A stretch of 64,000 nt of DNA. It comes from an uncultured Gemmatimonadales bacterium (GTDB taxonomy: Bacteria; Gemmatimonadota; Gemmatimonadetes; Gemmatimonadales; Gemmatimonadaceae). A program made the position numbers and the translations under genes. Under the pieces are notes generated by a model. That model was not told the DNA's origin. It did no database searches and worked only from the letters and a program-made list of their open reading frames with translations. Numbering within the stretch: the first letter of the stretch is position 1; each line of letters begins with the position of its first letter. Positions 9,420 to 20,005 of this stretch are shown in pieces. The stretch is taken from the NCBI GenBank assembly GCA_963793305.1, contig CAWBZV010000014.1, positions 96,001 through 160,000 on the forward strand. The letters are read 5' to 3'.

Positions 9420-10753
9420 CGTTCTGGACGCTCGACCGCGTGGCGCAGGCCCTGGGCACCGGGCCTCGCGGGAGCCAAGCGCTGGCCGCGGTATCCACGG
9501 ACACCCGGACGGCCGGGCCGGACGATCTCCTCGTGGCGCTCGCCGGCCCACGATACGACGCGCATGACTTCCTCGGCGCCGCAATCGAGCGCGGATGCGC
9601 CGCGCTCGTCGTCTCCCGCCTCCCACGCGAGCGGTTCGGCGTGCCGATATATCACGTTCCCGACACCCTGGCCGCCCTCGGGTCGCTGGCTCGCTACCGT
9701 CGCCGGGCTTGGGGCAAGACTGTGATCGCCATCGCCGGGTCCAACGGAAAAACGTCGACCAAGGATCTCGTACGATCGGCCCTCGGATCGGTCCTCGAGG
9801 TTCATGCCACAACCGGTAATCTGAATAACCAGATCGGCGTGCCGCTGACCCTCCTAGGCGTGCCCGACTCGGCGGACATTGCGGTCATCGAAATGGGTAC
9901 GAACTATCCCGGCGAGATCCCGATCCTCCGCTCAATCGTCGAGCCGGACCTGGCCATTGTGACGTCTATTGGTGAGGAGCATCTGGAAGGCTTTCACGAC
10001 CTGGCCGGCGTTCTCGCTGAGGAAGGCTCGGTCTTTGACGGCGTACCCATCGGTATTGTTCCCGCCGCCGAGCCGGAGCTTGTCGCGTTGGCGCGCCGCA
10101 AGGCGCGTCACGTGCTCACGGCCGGACTGGACGAGGGCGACGTGCATGCCGATTCCTGGGATGTGGGCGCTGGCACTATCCGATTCCGTAACGTGGACGT
10201 GACTGTCCCTCTGCGCGGCGCGCACAACCTGCGCAATGCCATGCTAGCACTGGCCGCCGCCGATGCGTGTGGGGTACTGCCCGAGCGAGCGGCAGTCGGC
10301 ATCGCCGCGACCCCGGCGCCGGCAATGCGATCGGCCGTCACGCCGCTCGGCGGGCGCGGAGCAACGTTGATCAACGATGCCTACAACGCGAACCCGGCGT
10401 CGATGCGCGCCGCGCTGGACATGCTGGCGGGTATGGGTGTCGGGCGGCAGCGGGTAGTCGTCCTGGGGACGATGCGCGAGCTCGGCCCGAATTCGCCCGC
10501 TCTCCACGCCGACACCGCTCGGGCGGCTCTCGCTGGACCTTTCGACGTTGTCGCCGGGATCGGGGATCTCGGCGCCGCGCTGCGCGCGGTCGCCCCGGCC
10601 GATGCGCGTGTGGTGACGGCGACTGACGTCGACGATCTCTGGCCATGTTTGCGACCGAAGCTCGCCCATGACGCCATCATTCTGATCAAAGCATCCCGTG
10701 GGGTGCGACTCGAACGTTTGGTTCCCTATCTCACCGACTGGGCGACGACGTAG
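9416..10753 (+). CDS. murF: MurF ligase
   Basis: GSNGKTSTK, NNQIGVP, NDAYNANP, KASRG. Confidence 0.93.
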   Translation: MTFWTLDRVAQALGTGPRGSQALAAVSTDTRTAGPDDLLVALAGPRYDAHDFLGAAIERGCAALVVSRLPRERFGVPIYHVPDTLAALGSLARYRRRAWGKTVIAIAGSNGKTSTKDLVRSALGSVLEVHATTGNLNNQIGVPLTLLGVPDSADIAVIEMGTNYPGEIPILRSIVEPDLAIVTSIGEEHLEGFHDLAGVLAEEGSVFDGVPIGIVPAAEPELVALARRKARHVLTAGLDEGDVHADSWDVGAGTIRFRNVDVTVPLRGAHNLRNAMLALAAADACGVLPERAAVGIAATPAPAMRSAVTPLGGRGATLINDAYNANPASMRAALDMLAGMGVGRQRVVVLGTMRELGPNSPALHADTARAALAGPFDVVAGIGDLGAALRAVAPADARVVTATDVDDLWPCLRPKLAHDAIILIKASRGVRLERLVPYLTDWATT

Positions 10754-11895
10754 TGCTCTACCACTTTCTGGCGCCGCTGTCGCGCACGATCAAGCTGTTC
10801 AATCTGTTCAACTATATCACGTTCCGCGCGGCCGGCGCGTTCGTGACATCGTTGCTCGTCGCGTTCTTGATTGGACCGGCCATTATTGCCAGGCTCCGGG
10901 CCATGTCCGTCAACCAGGTCGTGCGCGAGGGCACGCCGGAGACCCACGCGAAGAAAAAGAACACGCCCACGATGGGTGGTCTCATCATCCTGTGTGCGAC
11001 GCTCGTGCCGACACTCCTGTGGGCGAAGCTCGACAATCGCTACGTCGTGTTGGCGTTGATCGTGATGGCGTGGATGGGCCTGATCGGTTTTCTGGATGAT
11101 TATCTCAAGTTGTTGCAAAAAAGACGGGGAGTAAAAAACGAGGGCCTCGTCGAGAAATACAAACTGGCCGGACAGATCGCGATCGGGCTCGCGCTCGGCA
11201 TCTACCTGTGGAAATACCCGATCTCGACACTGCCCGGGGCGTCGACGACGCTGCCGTTCTTCAAGTACGTGCTCGTCGTTCCCGCCGCCGCGTGGCTGGG
11301 GTGGGTGTATGTTGGGTTCACGACGTTTGTGCTGACCGGGACATCGAACGCCGTGAACTTCACTGATGGGCTCGATGGGTTGGCCGCGGGACTCTGCGCG
11401 ATCGCGGCGCTGACGTTCGCGCTGTTCGCATATGTGATCGGCCGTGTCGATACGAGCGCGTATCTCCAGATCTATTATCTCCGCGGCGCTGGTGAGCTCA
11501 CGGTGTTTTGTACCGCCATCTTTGGGGCGACGATTGGATTCTTGTGGTACAACGCGTATCCGGCCGAGGTGTTCATGGGGGATACGGGATCGCTCGCCTT
11601 GGGCGGGGCGCTGGGGGCGATCGCTATCTTGCTGAAAAGTGAGTTCTTGTTACTGCTCATCGGCGGGGTGTTCGTGGCCGAGAGCGTATCGGTAATCATC
11701 CAACGATCGGTGTTCAAGTATCGCAAGATGCGATTCGGCCTCGAGTACGCGCAGGCGCACCGCGTATTCAAGCGCGCCCCCATCCATCACCACTTCGAGC
11801 TGCTGGGCTGGCCCGAGCCGCAGATCGTCGTGCGATTCTGGATCATCGGCATCCTGTTCGCGACCCTCGCGTTGTCCACGCTCAAGCTGCGGTGA
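10753..11895 (+). CDS. mraY: MraY translocase
   Basis: TPTMGG, NAVNFTDGLDGL, FMGDTGS, APIHHHFE. Confidence 0.95.
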   Translation: MLYHFLAPLSRTIKLFNLFNYITFRAAGAFVTSLLVAFLIGPAIIARLRAMSVNQVVREGTPETHAKKKNTPTMGGLIILCATLVPTLLWAKLDNRYVVLALIVMAWMGLIGFLDDYLKLLQKRRGVKNEGLVEKYKLAGQIAIGLALGIYLWKYPISTLPGASTTLPFFKYVLVVPAAAWLGWVYVGFTTFVLTGTSNAVNFTDGLDGLAAGLCAIAALTFALFAYVIGRVDTSAYLQIYYLRGAGELTVFCTAIFGATIGFLWYNAYPAEVFMGDTGSLALGGALGAIAILLKSEFLLLLIGGVFVAESVSVIIQRSVFKYRKMRFGLEYAQAHRVFKRAPIHHHFELLGWPEPQIVVRFWIIGILFATLALSTLKLR

Positions 11896-13217
11896 CCGGC
11901 GAAGTCGCGGTACTCGGCCTCGGCAAGAGCGGTCGCTCGGCGGCCCTCTTGCTGGCCCGCGAGGGTCGCCAGGTCTACCTGTCGGACGCCGATGCCAATG
12001 CGTCGTGGTCCGCTCCCGATGGGATCGCGGTCGAAGCCGGACGCCATGATCTGGCCCGCATCGGCGCGGCATCACTCGTCGTCACGAGCCCCGGGATTCC
12101 TCCCACGGCGCCACCCTTGGCCGCCGCTCGTGCAGCGGGCGTCCCGGTCATCTCGGAAGTCGAGCTCGCGCTACGGGCCATGCCGGGGTTGCGGTATATC
12201 GCCGTCACCGGGACGAACGGCAAGACGACCACCACGGCGCTCATCGGCCATCTCCTGCGCGGTCTGGGCTACACGGCCATCGACGCGGGCAACATCGGCT
12301 TGCCATTGGCCGAGGTCGCGTTGGAGTCGCCAAAGGTCGATTGGATCACGCTCGAGCTCTCGTCGTTCCAACTGCACGATACGCCATCGGTCGACCCCAC
12401 CGTCGGGGTCCTCACGAATCTGAGTCCCGATCATCTCGATCGGTACGCGACCGTCGAGGACTATTATGCCGATAAGCGGCGGTTGTTCGCCAATGCGCGC
12501 GGAACGTCGCGGCTCATCGTCAATGCCAATGACCCCGCGTCGTTGGGATTGGTGGCGGGCGTGCTGGGGACGCACTATCACTTCACGGTGGCTGGGCATC
12601 CGGCTGACGCATCACTCCGAGCGGATACCCTGACGCTTGGCAACGACGTATTGATCAGCCGTGACGATTTGCATCTCCTCGGCAACCATAATGTCGCCAA
12701 TGCGCTGGCGGCGGTCTTGGCGGTCACGGCAGCCGATCCCGATCACCGCTCGCCGATGGTCCGCGAGCGCCTCGCCGAGGCCCTGCGGACGTTTCATGCA
12801 TTGCCGCATCGCCTCCAGCTCGTTGGCGAATACCTCGGCGTGCAGTGGATCAACGATTCCAAGGCGACGAACGTGAGCTCGGCGCTCGTCGCGCTCGAAA
12901 GCATGACGCGGCCGACGATCCTGCTCGCGGGCGGCGTGCACAAAGGCGAGCCATATACCGCCCTGGCTGCCCCGTTGGCACGCATTGGCAAAGCGGTCCT
13001 TGCCTATGGCGAGGCGGCACCGCTCATCGTAGCGGATCTCGCCGGGAAAGTTCCAGTGGAGCGGCTCGGCAATAACTTCAACGAGGTCATTGCTCGTGCC
13101 CGGGCCCTCGCAACACCTGGCGACGCAATCCTGTTGGCGCCCGCGTGCTCCAGCTTCGACATGTTCCACAACTATGCTGAGCGGGGCGAGACGTTCGCGC
13201 GTTTGGCGCCGACATGA
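11892..13217 (+). CDS. murD: MurD ligase
   Basis: GLGKSG, TGTNGKTTT, ELSSFQL, NDSKATN, PACSSFD. Confidence 0.95.
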   Translation: MTGEVAVLGLGKSGRSAALLLAREGRQVYLSDADANASWSAPDGIAVEAGRHDLARIGAASLVVTSPGIPPTAPPLAAARAAGVPVISEVELALRAMPGLRYIAVTGTNGKTTTTALIGHLLRGLGYTAIDAGNIGLPLAEVALESPKVDWITLELSSFQLHDTPSVDPTVGVLTNLSPDHLDRYATVEDYYADKRRLFANARGTSRLIVNANDPASLGLVAGVLGTHYHFTVAGHPADASLRADTLTLGNDVLISRDDLHLLGNHNVANALAAVLAVTAADPDHRSPMVRERLAEALRTFHALPHRLQLVGEYLGVQWINDSKATNVSSALVALESMTRPTILLAGGVHKGEPYTALAAPLARIGKAVLAYGEAAPLIVADLAGKVPVERLGNNFNEVIARARALATPGDAILLAPACSSFDMFHNYAERGETFARLAPT

Positions 13218-14359
13218 AAGAGCGATTCCGTTGGCGAATCGGCGTCGAGGCCCGCGCGCTCGTCGTGCTGACGGCCGCGATGTTGGCGTTTGGCCTGGCG
13301 GTACTCTATAGCGCCAGCTCGATGTCGGCGATTCAAGAGCACCGGTCGAACGCCTTTTATCTCTTACGGCAGCTTTCGGGCGTCGCCATCGGGGTTATTG
13401 CATTCGCCATCGCGGCGAAGATGGACGCCGAGCGATGGTATAAGTGGGCATGGCCGCTCATGCTCGTCACGCTCGTACTGATGCTGGTAACGATCCTGCC
13501 ATTCACGCGCTCGATCGCACCAGTCATCCACGGTTCGCGCCGTTTCTTGATCGGCTCGTCAATTCAACCGTCCGAGATCGGCCGGTTCGCGGTCGTCATT
13601 TGGTCTGCCATGCTGGTCGTCAAAAAAGGCCCGCAGCTGCACCGGCTCACGAAGGGTTTCCTGCCATTTCTCGTCGTTGTCGGCGCGCTCGACGTATTGG
13701 TGGTATTGGAGCCCGACCTGTCGACGGCGCTCCTGTATACGCTCCTCATGACCGTCGTGCTCTTCGCCGGCGGCGTGCGCATCGGATTTCTGCTCGTGAT
13801 GTTGGTGATCGGCGCGCCGGTGCTGTGGCACGAGGCACAGCATCTGCAATACGTATTCGCGCGAATCGTGTCCTTCGCGAACGCGGGACCGAATGTCACC
13901 GCGATCAATTATCAGCTCCGGCAATCGTTGATCGCGGTGGGATCGGGACGGTTGCTCGGCGTCGGCTTCGGGCACGGGCATCAGCAAGGTGGGTTCGTGC
14001 CATTCCCGTACGACGACTTTATCGGGAGCACCATTGGCGAGGAGTGGGGGTTCGTCGGCATCCTCTTCATCGCGCTCGCGTTTGGCGCGTGGGCCTGGCT
14101 CGGCATTCGGGTGGCGAGAGAGGCGCGCAACCAGTTCCTCCAGCTCGTGGCGATCGGCATCACCTTCTCTGTGACCGTGACGGCGTTTCTGCATCTCGGC
14201 GTCGTGATCGGCCTCCTGCCGACAACCGGCCTGACCTTGCCATTCGTCTCATACGGCCGATCTGATCTCATCCTCTCGTTGTTCCTGACTGGCCTCCTCG
14301 TGAACATCGGGAGCGTGCGCGAGCGGGTGATCGTCAATACGGCGACAGATCCGCCATGA
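13214..14359 (+). CDS. ftsW: FtsW SEDS glycosyltransferase
   Basis: IQPSE, EPDL, GEEWG, GLTLPFVSYG; multi-TM. Confidence 0.92.
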   Translation: MKERFRWRIGVEARALVVLTAAMLAFGLAVLYSASSMSAIQEHRSNAFYLLRQLSGVAIGVIAFAIAAKMDAERWYKWAWPLMLVTLVLMLVTILPFTRSIAPVIHGSRRFLIGSSIQPSEIGRFAVVIWSAMLVVKKGPQLHRLTKGFLPFLVVVGALDVLVVLEPDLSTALLYTLLMTVVLFAGGVRIGFLLVMLVIGAPVLWHEAQHLQYVFARIVSFANAGPNVTAINYQLRQSLIAVGSGRLLGVGFGHGHQQGGFVPFPYDDFIGSTIGEEWGFVGILFIALAFGAWAWLGIRVAREARNQFLQLVAIGITFSVTVTAFLHLGVVIGLLPTTGLTLPFVSYGRSDLILSLFLTGLLVNIGSVRERVIVNTATDPP

Positions 14360-15438
14360 TCGTTTGGTTCGCCGGTGGAGGCACGGGCGGGCACCTGTAT
14401 CCGGGGCTGGCGATCGCGCGCGCACTGACCCGTCTCGCCCCGTCGGTGCAACCGTTCTTCATCGGCGCCCGACGAGGTATCGAGCGCGAAGTGCTCCCGC
14501 GCGAGGGCTTCCCGTTCGAGTTGCTCGATCTGCACCCGTTATATCGGCCACGGATCTGGCTCAACTGGCGCACGTTGCGCGGCGCCGTCGGTGCATGGCG
14601 GCGGCTCTCGGCGTTGGAACGCCCGACGCTCGTTGTTGGCACCGGTGGCTATGCGTCCGCTCTGGCGCTGGCCTTTGCCGAAATGCACCGGATCCCATTC
14701 GTCGAGCAAGTCGCGGACAGTCATCCGGGGTTGACCGCGCGCGCATTCAGCCGTGGCGCGCGCGAAGTCTATCTCGGCTATCCTGAAGCCGAGCCATATC
14801 TGCCGCGCAAGAGTGGGGAGCCGTTTTTCGACACGGGAAACCCGATCGAGCCGCCCCCCAATCCTCGCCCGTCGCGGACCGCCGCACGGGTCGCGTGGGG
14901 CTTTCCGCCCGAAGGCGGTACGGTGCTCCTCGTCTTCGGCGGCAGCCAGGGTGCCCGGGCGCTGAATTCCGTCGTTGATACCTGGCTCAGTCGCGGCATA
15001 CCGGACTCGCTCCATGTGATCTGGGGTACGGGCAAAGCCCATTTCGATGCGCACCGTGCGCGCGCCAGCGCGCGGGTATGCGTGCGGCCGTACTTGTCGC
15101 CAATCGCCGATGCCTATGCGGCGAGTGATGTCGTGCTCGCGCGAGCGGGCGCCATGACGACGGCCGAGTTGTGCGCCTGGGGTCTTCCCATGATCCTCGT
15201 GCCGCTGCCAACGGCGGCCGCTGATCACCAGACCGCCAACGCGCGCGCGCTGGCTGCCGCCGGCGCGGCAGTGCACGTCCCACAGGCCGAGCTGACGCCT
15301 GAGCGGCTGGAGCAGGTTGTTCGGGACGTTGTCCTCAACACCGAGCGACGGAATCTACTCGCGACGGCGGCTCGTGCGCGTGGGCGGCCCGACGCCGCCA
15401 ACCACATCGCGGGACGGATACTTGCCCTGCTAGATTAG
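14356..15438 (+). CDS. murG: MurG glycosyltransferase
   Basis: GGGTGGH, GGSQGA, RAGAMT, DHQTANA. Confidence 0.95.
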   Translation: MIVWFAGGGTGGHLYPGLAIARALTRLAPSVQPFFIGARRGIEREVLPREGFPFELLDLHPLYRPRIWLNWRTLRGAVGAWRRLSALERPTLVVGTGGYASALALAFAEMHRIPFVEQVADSHPGLTARAFSRGAREVYLGYPEAEPYLPRKSGEPFFDTGNPIEPPPNPRPSRTAARVAWGFPPEGGTVLLVFGGSQGARALNSVVDTWLSRGIPDSLHVIWGTGKAHFDAHRARASARVCVRPYLSPIADAYAASDVVLARAGAMTTAELCAWGLPMILVPLPTAAADHQTANARALAAAGAAVHVPQAELTPERLEQVVRDVVLNTERRNLLATAARARGRPDAANHIAGRILALLD

Positions 15439-15445
15439 CGTCGTC

Positions 15446-16792
15446 ATGCCCCTTCTCGACCCGGCGGATAGCCGCCCCATTCACTTCATCGGGATCGCCG
15501 GCGCGGGAATGAGCGCATTGGCCGACTTGTTCGCCCGACGGGGCGCGCGGGTCACGGGATGCGACGCATCCACGGGTGGCCATGATCCAGCGCACCTGCA
15601 GGGTGTTCGTGCCGTTGTCGTATCCTCGGCGATTCGGCACGACCAGCCCGAGATTGTCGCCGCGCATCAGGCCGGACTGCCAGTGATCCGTCGCGCGGAG
15701 GCGCTGGCCGAGGCGGTGGCGGGTGGTACCGTCATCGGCATCGCGGGAACACATGGGAAGACCACGACAACCGTCATGACGACCGAGGCGCTGACCGCTG
15801 CCGGCAAGGCGCCCACTGGCGTTGTCGGCGGGCGCGTCGCCGAGTGGGGAGGCAATCTGCGATTTGGCGGTCTCGATCTGTTCGTCGTCGAGGCCGACGA
15901 GTACGACCGCTCATTCCTCGCGTTGACGCCGACGATCGCTGTCGTGACGAACGTCGAGGCCGATCATCTCGACATCTATCGCGATCTCGACGATATCCGA
16001 TCGGCGTTCGCGACGTTCGTGCGCCCGGCGCGCTGGATCATTCTGTGCGCCGACGATCCCGGCGCCAATACGCTCCCGACGCCAAATACCGCGGAGATTC
16101 TGCGCTACGGCGTGACGTCCCCTGACGCACGTCTCGCTGCGCTCGACGTAACGCTCACGTCCACCGGGTCGACGTTCGCGGTCGCGTATGATGGTGACCG
16201 CCTCGGCGTCGTGGAGCTCCACGTTCCGGGTGTACACAACGTGCGCAACGCGCTCGCGGCCATCGCGTGCGGGATCGCCGAAGGCGTGCCGCTCGATGCG
16301 ATGCGACCGGGACTCGCGGCGTTCCATGGAGTGGAGCGGCGGTTCCAGCGCTTGGGTGAAGCGCGTGGAGTCACGGTGGTCGATGACTATGCGCACCACC
16401 CAACCGAGATCCGCGCCACGCTCGATGCCGCGCGCGCGGCGTTCCCAACCAAACGCATTATCGTCGCGTTTCAGCCGCACCTCTACTCGCGCACGCGAGA
16501 TTTCGCCGCCGATTTTGGGCGCGCGTTGGCGCGTGCGGACGCCGTGTATTTGACCGAGATATACCCCGCGCGCGAGCAGCCGTTGCCCGGAGTCACCTCT
16601 GAGCTCATCGCGAAGGCCGCTGCCGACGCCGGGCGGCCTGTCGCGTGGCGTGGAAACCGGGGAGATCTTGCCGGGGCGCTGGCCGCCGCGGTAAGACCCG
16701 GTGATGTCGTGCTGACGCTCGGCGCGGGCGATATCACGCGGACCGGACCCGAGCTCCTCGCGGCGTTGCGGCCTAACGGGGCTGCGGCGTGA
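15446..16792 (+). CDS. murC: MurC ligase
   Basis: GIAGAGMS, GTHGKTTT, EADEYD, DDYAHHPTEI, FQPHLYSRT. Confidence 0.95.
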   Translation: MPLLDPADSRPIHFIGIAGAGMSALADLFARRGARVTGCDASTGGHDPAHLQGVRAVVVSSAIRHDQPEIVAAHQAGLPVIRRAEALAEAVAGGTVIGIAGTHGKTTTTVMTTEALTAAGKAPTGVVGGRVAEWGGNLRFGGLDLFVVEADEYDRSFLALTPTIAVVTNVEADHLDIYRDLDDIRSAFATFVRPARWIILCADDPGANTLPTPNTAEILRYGVTSPDARLAALDVTLTSTGSTFAVAYDGDRLGVVELHVPGVHNVRNALAAIACGIAEGVPLDAMRPGLAAFHGVERRFQRLGEARGVTVVDDYAHHPTEIRATLDAARAAFPTKRIIVAFQPHLYSRTRDFAADFGRALARADAVYLTEIYPAREQPLPGVTSELIAKAAADAGRPVAWRGNRGDLAGALAAAVRPGDVVLTLGAGDITRTGPELLAALRPNGAAA

Positions 16793-17463
16793 CCCGCACC
16801 CGCCTGGCCCTCCTCGGCGTGCTCGGCATCGTGCTCGTCGCCGCGCCGTGGTGGGGACGCCGCGCGCTGCGCGCGCTCGCGTATTTTCATGTGCGGTCGG
16901 TGCAGGTCGTCGGCGCCCACTATCTGGCACCCCGAGATGTCGTCGCCGCGATGCGAGTCGATACCAATGCGTCCACATGGGACGATCTCAGGCCGTATGC
17001 TTCGCGCGTGAATACGTTGGCATTGGTGCGACACGCGGACGTGGAGCGGGAGCTGCCCGGTACTCTCGTCGTGCACGTGACCGAGACTGCGCCAGTCGCG
17101 ATGGTGCCGGGCGCGGGTGGGCTCCGCGTCTACGATGCGCGGGCCCGGGTGCTGCCGATCGACCCGGCGAGAGCCGATGTCGACGTGCCGGTCATCGATC
17201 GGCCGGACGCCGTCGTCACCCGCTTGCTCGCTGGCGTCGAGGTGATGAGCCCCCGCATGTTCGCGCGGATCAGCTCCGTGAGTCGCTCTGGTGAGCAGAT
17301 CATCGTGCAACTGGATCGAGGCGTGGTCAGGGCGGGAATCGACGTCACGCCCGAGCGCCTCGCGGGAGCGGGGCTCGTGGCCGCGGATCTCGATCGGCGC
17401 GGGCAGCATTACACGGAGCTCGATCTCCGCTATCGCGATCAAATCGTGGCGAGGCTCCAGTAA
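16789..17463 (+). CDS. ftsQ: FtsQ/DivIB cell division protein
   Basis: TM plus POTRA-like region, C-terminal LDLRYRDQIV; precedes ftsA. Confidence 0.85.
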   Translation: MTRTRLALLGVLGIVLVAAPWWGRRALRALAYFHVRSVQVVGAHYLAPRDVVAAMRVDTNASTWDDLRPYASRVNTLALVRHADVERELPGTLVVHVTETAPVAMVPGAGGLRVYDARARVLPIDPARADVDVPVIDRPDAVVTRLLAGVEVMSPRMFARISSVSRSGEQIIVQLDRGVVRAGIDVTPERLAGAGLVAADLDRRGQHYTELDLRYRDQIVARLQ

Positions 17464-18716
17464 TGGCGACCGCCGAGCGGTTGATCGCGGGGCTCGATAT
17501 CGGGTCGGCGAAGACGACGGCGCTCATCGCCGAGGTCGTCGGTGACCTGCCGCGCAGTCCACAGATCAAGGTGCTGGGGGTGGGTCGGGCACGCACGACC
17601 GGCCTTCGGCGCGGCGTGGTCGCCGACATTGAGGAGACCACGCGCTCGATCCGTAAGGCCATGGAAGACGCCGAGCGGATGGCCGGGCAGCATGTGACCG
17701 AGGTGTATGTCGGCATCGCCGGGGAGCACGTGCGGGCCATGACGTCGACAGGCGTCGTCGCCGTGAACGGCGAGGAGATCACGAAGCAGGACGTCGAGCG
17801 CGCGAATGATGTGGCGCGCGCGCAGGCGGTGCCGACCGATCGCGAGTTGCTGCACGCGATCCCGCAGGAGTACACGGTCGACAAGAACCAGGGGATTCGC
17901 GACCCCGTCGGGATGATCGGGACGCGACTCGAGACCGAGATGTACCTGGTGACGATCGGAGCGTCGCCGGCCATGAACCTGCGCAAGGCCGTGGAGCGGG
18001 CCGGGTACAAAGTGCGCGAACTGGTACTGGAGCCGCTCGCGTCAGCCCTCAGTGTGCTGACGGAGGACGAGAAGGAGCTTGGCGTCGCGCTCGTCGAGAT
18101 GGGCGCTGGATCCACCGACCTGGCGATCTTTCACGAAGGCAAGATTCGTCACCTGGGCACGATCGCATTCGGCGGCAATAGCGTCACGAATGACATTGTG
18201 CTCGGGCTCAAGGTGACGCCGGACGACGCCGAGCGCTTGAAGGAACGCTACGGCTGCGCCTATGAGTCCGCGTCGGATCCAAATCTGGTCATCCCGCTTC
18301 CTGGAACTGCCGCGCAGGGTGAGCGTGCGATCGATCACGGGTCGCTGACGCACATTATTCATCAGCGCGTCGACGAGATCTTCGATCTGGTCCAGCGCGA
18401 TATCACAAATGCGGGCTACGCGCGCCGGTTGAGCTCCGGAGTAGTGCTGACCGGCGGAGCGGCAGCGCTTCCTGGCATTGGCGACCTGGCGACCGACGTT
18501 TTCGGTATTGGTGTCCGAGTCGGCGCACCCGGTTCATCCCTGACCGGACTCACCGATTCAGTGGACGCGCCACGGTTTTCGACGGTGACCGGCCTGGCCC
18601 TCTACGGGGCTCATCGCATGGCGCTCGGCGGCGAGACCCGTCGGCAGGGCATTGGGGCACCCGGGGTCGATAAGCTCATCGAGCGCGTCCGGGTCTGGCT
18701 CCAAGATTTTTTCTGA
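17463..18716 (+). CDS. ftsA: Cell division protein FtsA
   Basis: GLDIGSAK, VVLTGG, C-terminal amphipathic WLQDFF. Confidence 0.95.
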   Translation: MATAERLIAGLDIGSAKTTALIAEVVGDLPRSPQIKVLGVGRARTTGLRRGVVADIEETTRSIRKAMEDAERMAGQHVTEVYVGIAGEHVRAMTSTGVVAVNGEEITKQDVERANDVARAQAVPTDRELLHAIPQEYTVDKNQGIRDPVGMIGTRLETEMYLVTIGASPAMNLRKAVERAGYKVRELVLEPLASALSVLTEDEKELGVALVEMGAGSTDLAIFHEGKIRHLGTIAFGGNSVTNDIVLGLKVTPDDAERLKERYGCAYESASDPNLVIPLPGTAAQGERAIDHGSLTHIIHQRVDEIFDLVQRDITNAGYARRLSSGVVLTGGAAALPGIGDLATDVFGIGVRVGAPGSSLTGLTDSVDAPRFSTVTGLALYGAHRMALGGETRRQGIGAPGVDKLIERVRVWLQDFF

Positions 18717-18724
18717 CTTCTGAT

Positions 18725-18830
18725 TGTGGATAACTTGCGGGTAACCGGCGGCTCGCTAATTCGTCATCACGCTGGCAGAAATCTTGTTATATTGCCGCGG
18801 CCCAACGGGGACCGCCCGAAGTTATCCACA
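18725..18830. promoter_or_regulatory. Two perfect DnaA boxes in inverted orientation (12 bp perfect inverted repeat) upstream of ftsZ
   Basis: TGTGGATAA at 18725-18733 and TTATCCACA at 18822-18830; arms TGTGGATAACTT / AAGTTATCCACA. Confidence 0.7.
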
Positions 18831-18847
18831 TTAGCTTGGCACTCGCG

Positions 18848-20005
18848 ATGATCTTCGAGTTCGAGGAGAGCGCGTCACAGAACGCCCGGATGAAGGTGGT
18901 GGGCGTGGGCGGCGGAGGCGGCAACGCCGTCAACCGCATGATCGAGGAGCACCTGGAAGGCGTCGAGTTCATTCTCGGTGAACACCGACGCACAGGCGCT
19001 GCTGAACTCGAAGTCCGACGTCAAGATCCAGATCGGCAAGAAGCTCACCCGAGGCCTTGGCGCGGGCGCGCGTCCCGAAATTGGGCGCCAAGCCATTGAA
19101 GAAAGCAAAGAAGACGTGCAACGCTCGCTCGTCGGCGCCGATCTCGTGTTCATCACCTGCGGTATGGGCGGTGGGACGGGAACTGGCGCGGCGCCCGTCA
19201 TTCTGTGAGCTCGCCCGGCAGGCTGGCGCGCTGACGGTCGGCATCGTGACCCGGCCCTTCTTGTTTGAAGGCAAGAAGCGCATGCGTCAGGCCGATAGCG
19301 GCATCAACGAGATGCGCAGTAACGTCGACACGATGATCGTCGTGCCGAATGAGCGGCTGCTCGCGGTGGTTGGAAAGGGCATTCCGTTTCAGGACGCGCT
19401 CAAGAAGGCCGACGAAGTCCTGCTGCACGCCACGCAGGGCATCTCCTCGCTGATCAGCGTCACCGGTCTCGTCAACGTCGACTTCGCCGACGTGAGGACC
19501 GTCATGCAGGCCGGCGGGAGCGCCCTCATGGGGACCGGCATCGGGAAGGGAGAGAATCGGGCGATGGAGGCGGCGCAGCAGGCCATCTCGTCGCCGTTGC
19601 TCGACAACATTCTCGATCTCCGGCGCGACCGGCGTGCTCGTGAACATCACGGGTGGGGCGGATCTCACGCTCGGTGAAGTGCACCAGATCAACGAAATTA
19701 TTCACGATGCGGTCGGCGATGACGCCGAGATCATATTCGGCGCGGTGCACGAGCCGGCCATGCAGGGTGAGATCCGGGTGACCGTCATCGCGACCGGGTT
19801 CGACGGGATTCGGGCGGCCGGCGTGCCGCAGATTCAGAAGAGCCCTCCGGTGCTGCCGTTCCCGACCCAGCGGCAGCAACAGGTTCCCCGCGCATCGCGG
19901 CCGGCGATCGCCGAAATTCCGCGGCGCGCGAGTGAGCCGCGCACGAGCGATCAGGATCTCTCGGATATGGAGATTCCGACGTTCATCCGGAGGCAGATGG
20001 ATTGA
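18848..20005 (+). CDS. ftsZ: FtsZ; three +1 insertions at about 18972, 19201 and 19610
   Basis: [37 protein letters not shown]-terminal [11 protein letters not shown]; removing one T at each CATTC restores one frame. Confidence 0.95.

Noticed and set aside
18836..18855. Sigma54 promoter (TTGGCAC) before ftsZ
   Set aside because: No TTGC at the -12 position, and it would overlap the start codon.
18848..20005. ftsZ (and murE, asnS, argS) as pseudogenes or programmed frameshifts
   Set aside because: Core genes with otherwise intact motifs; the same motif occurs in both orientations and there are no slippery sequences.
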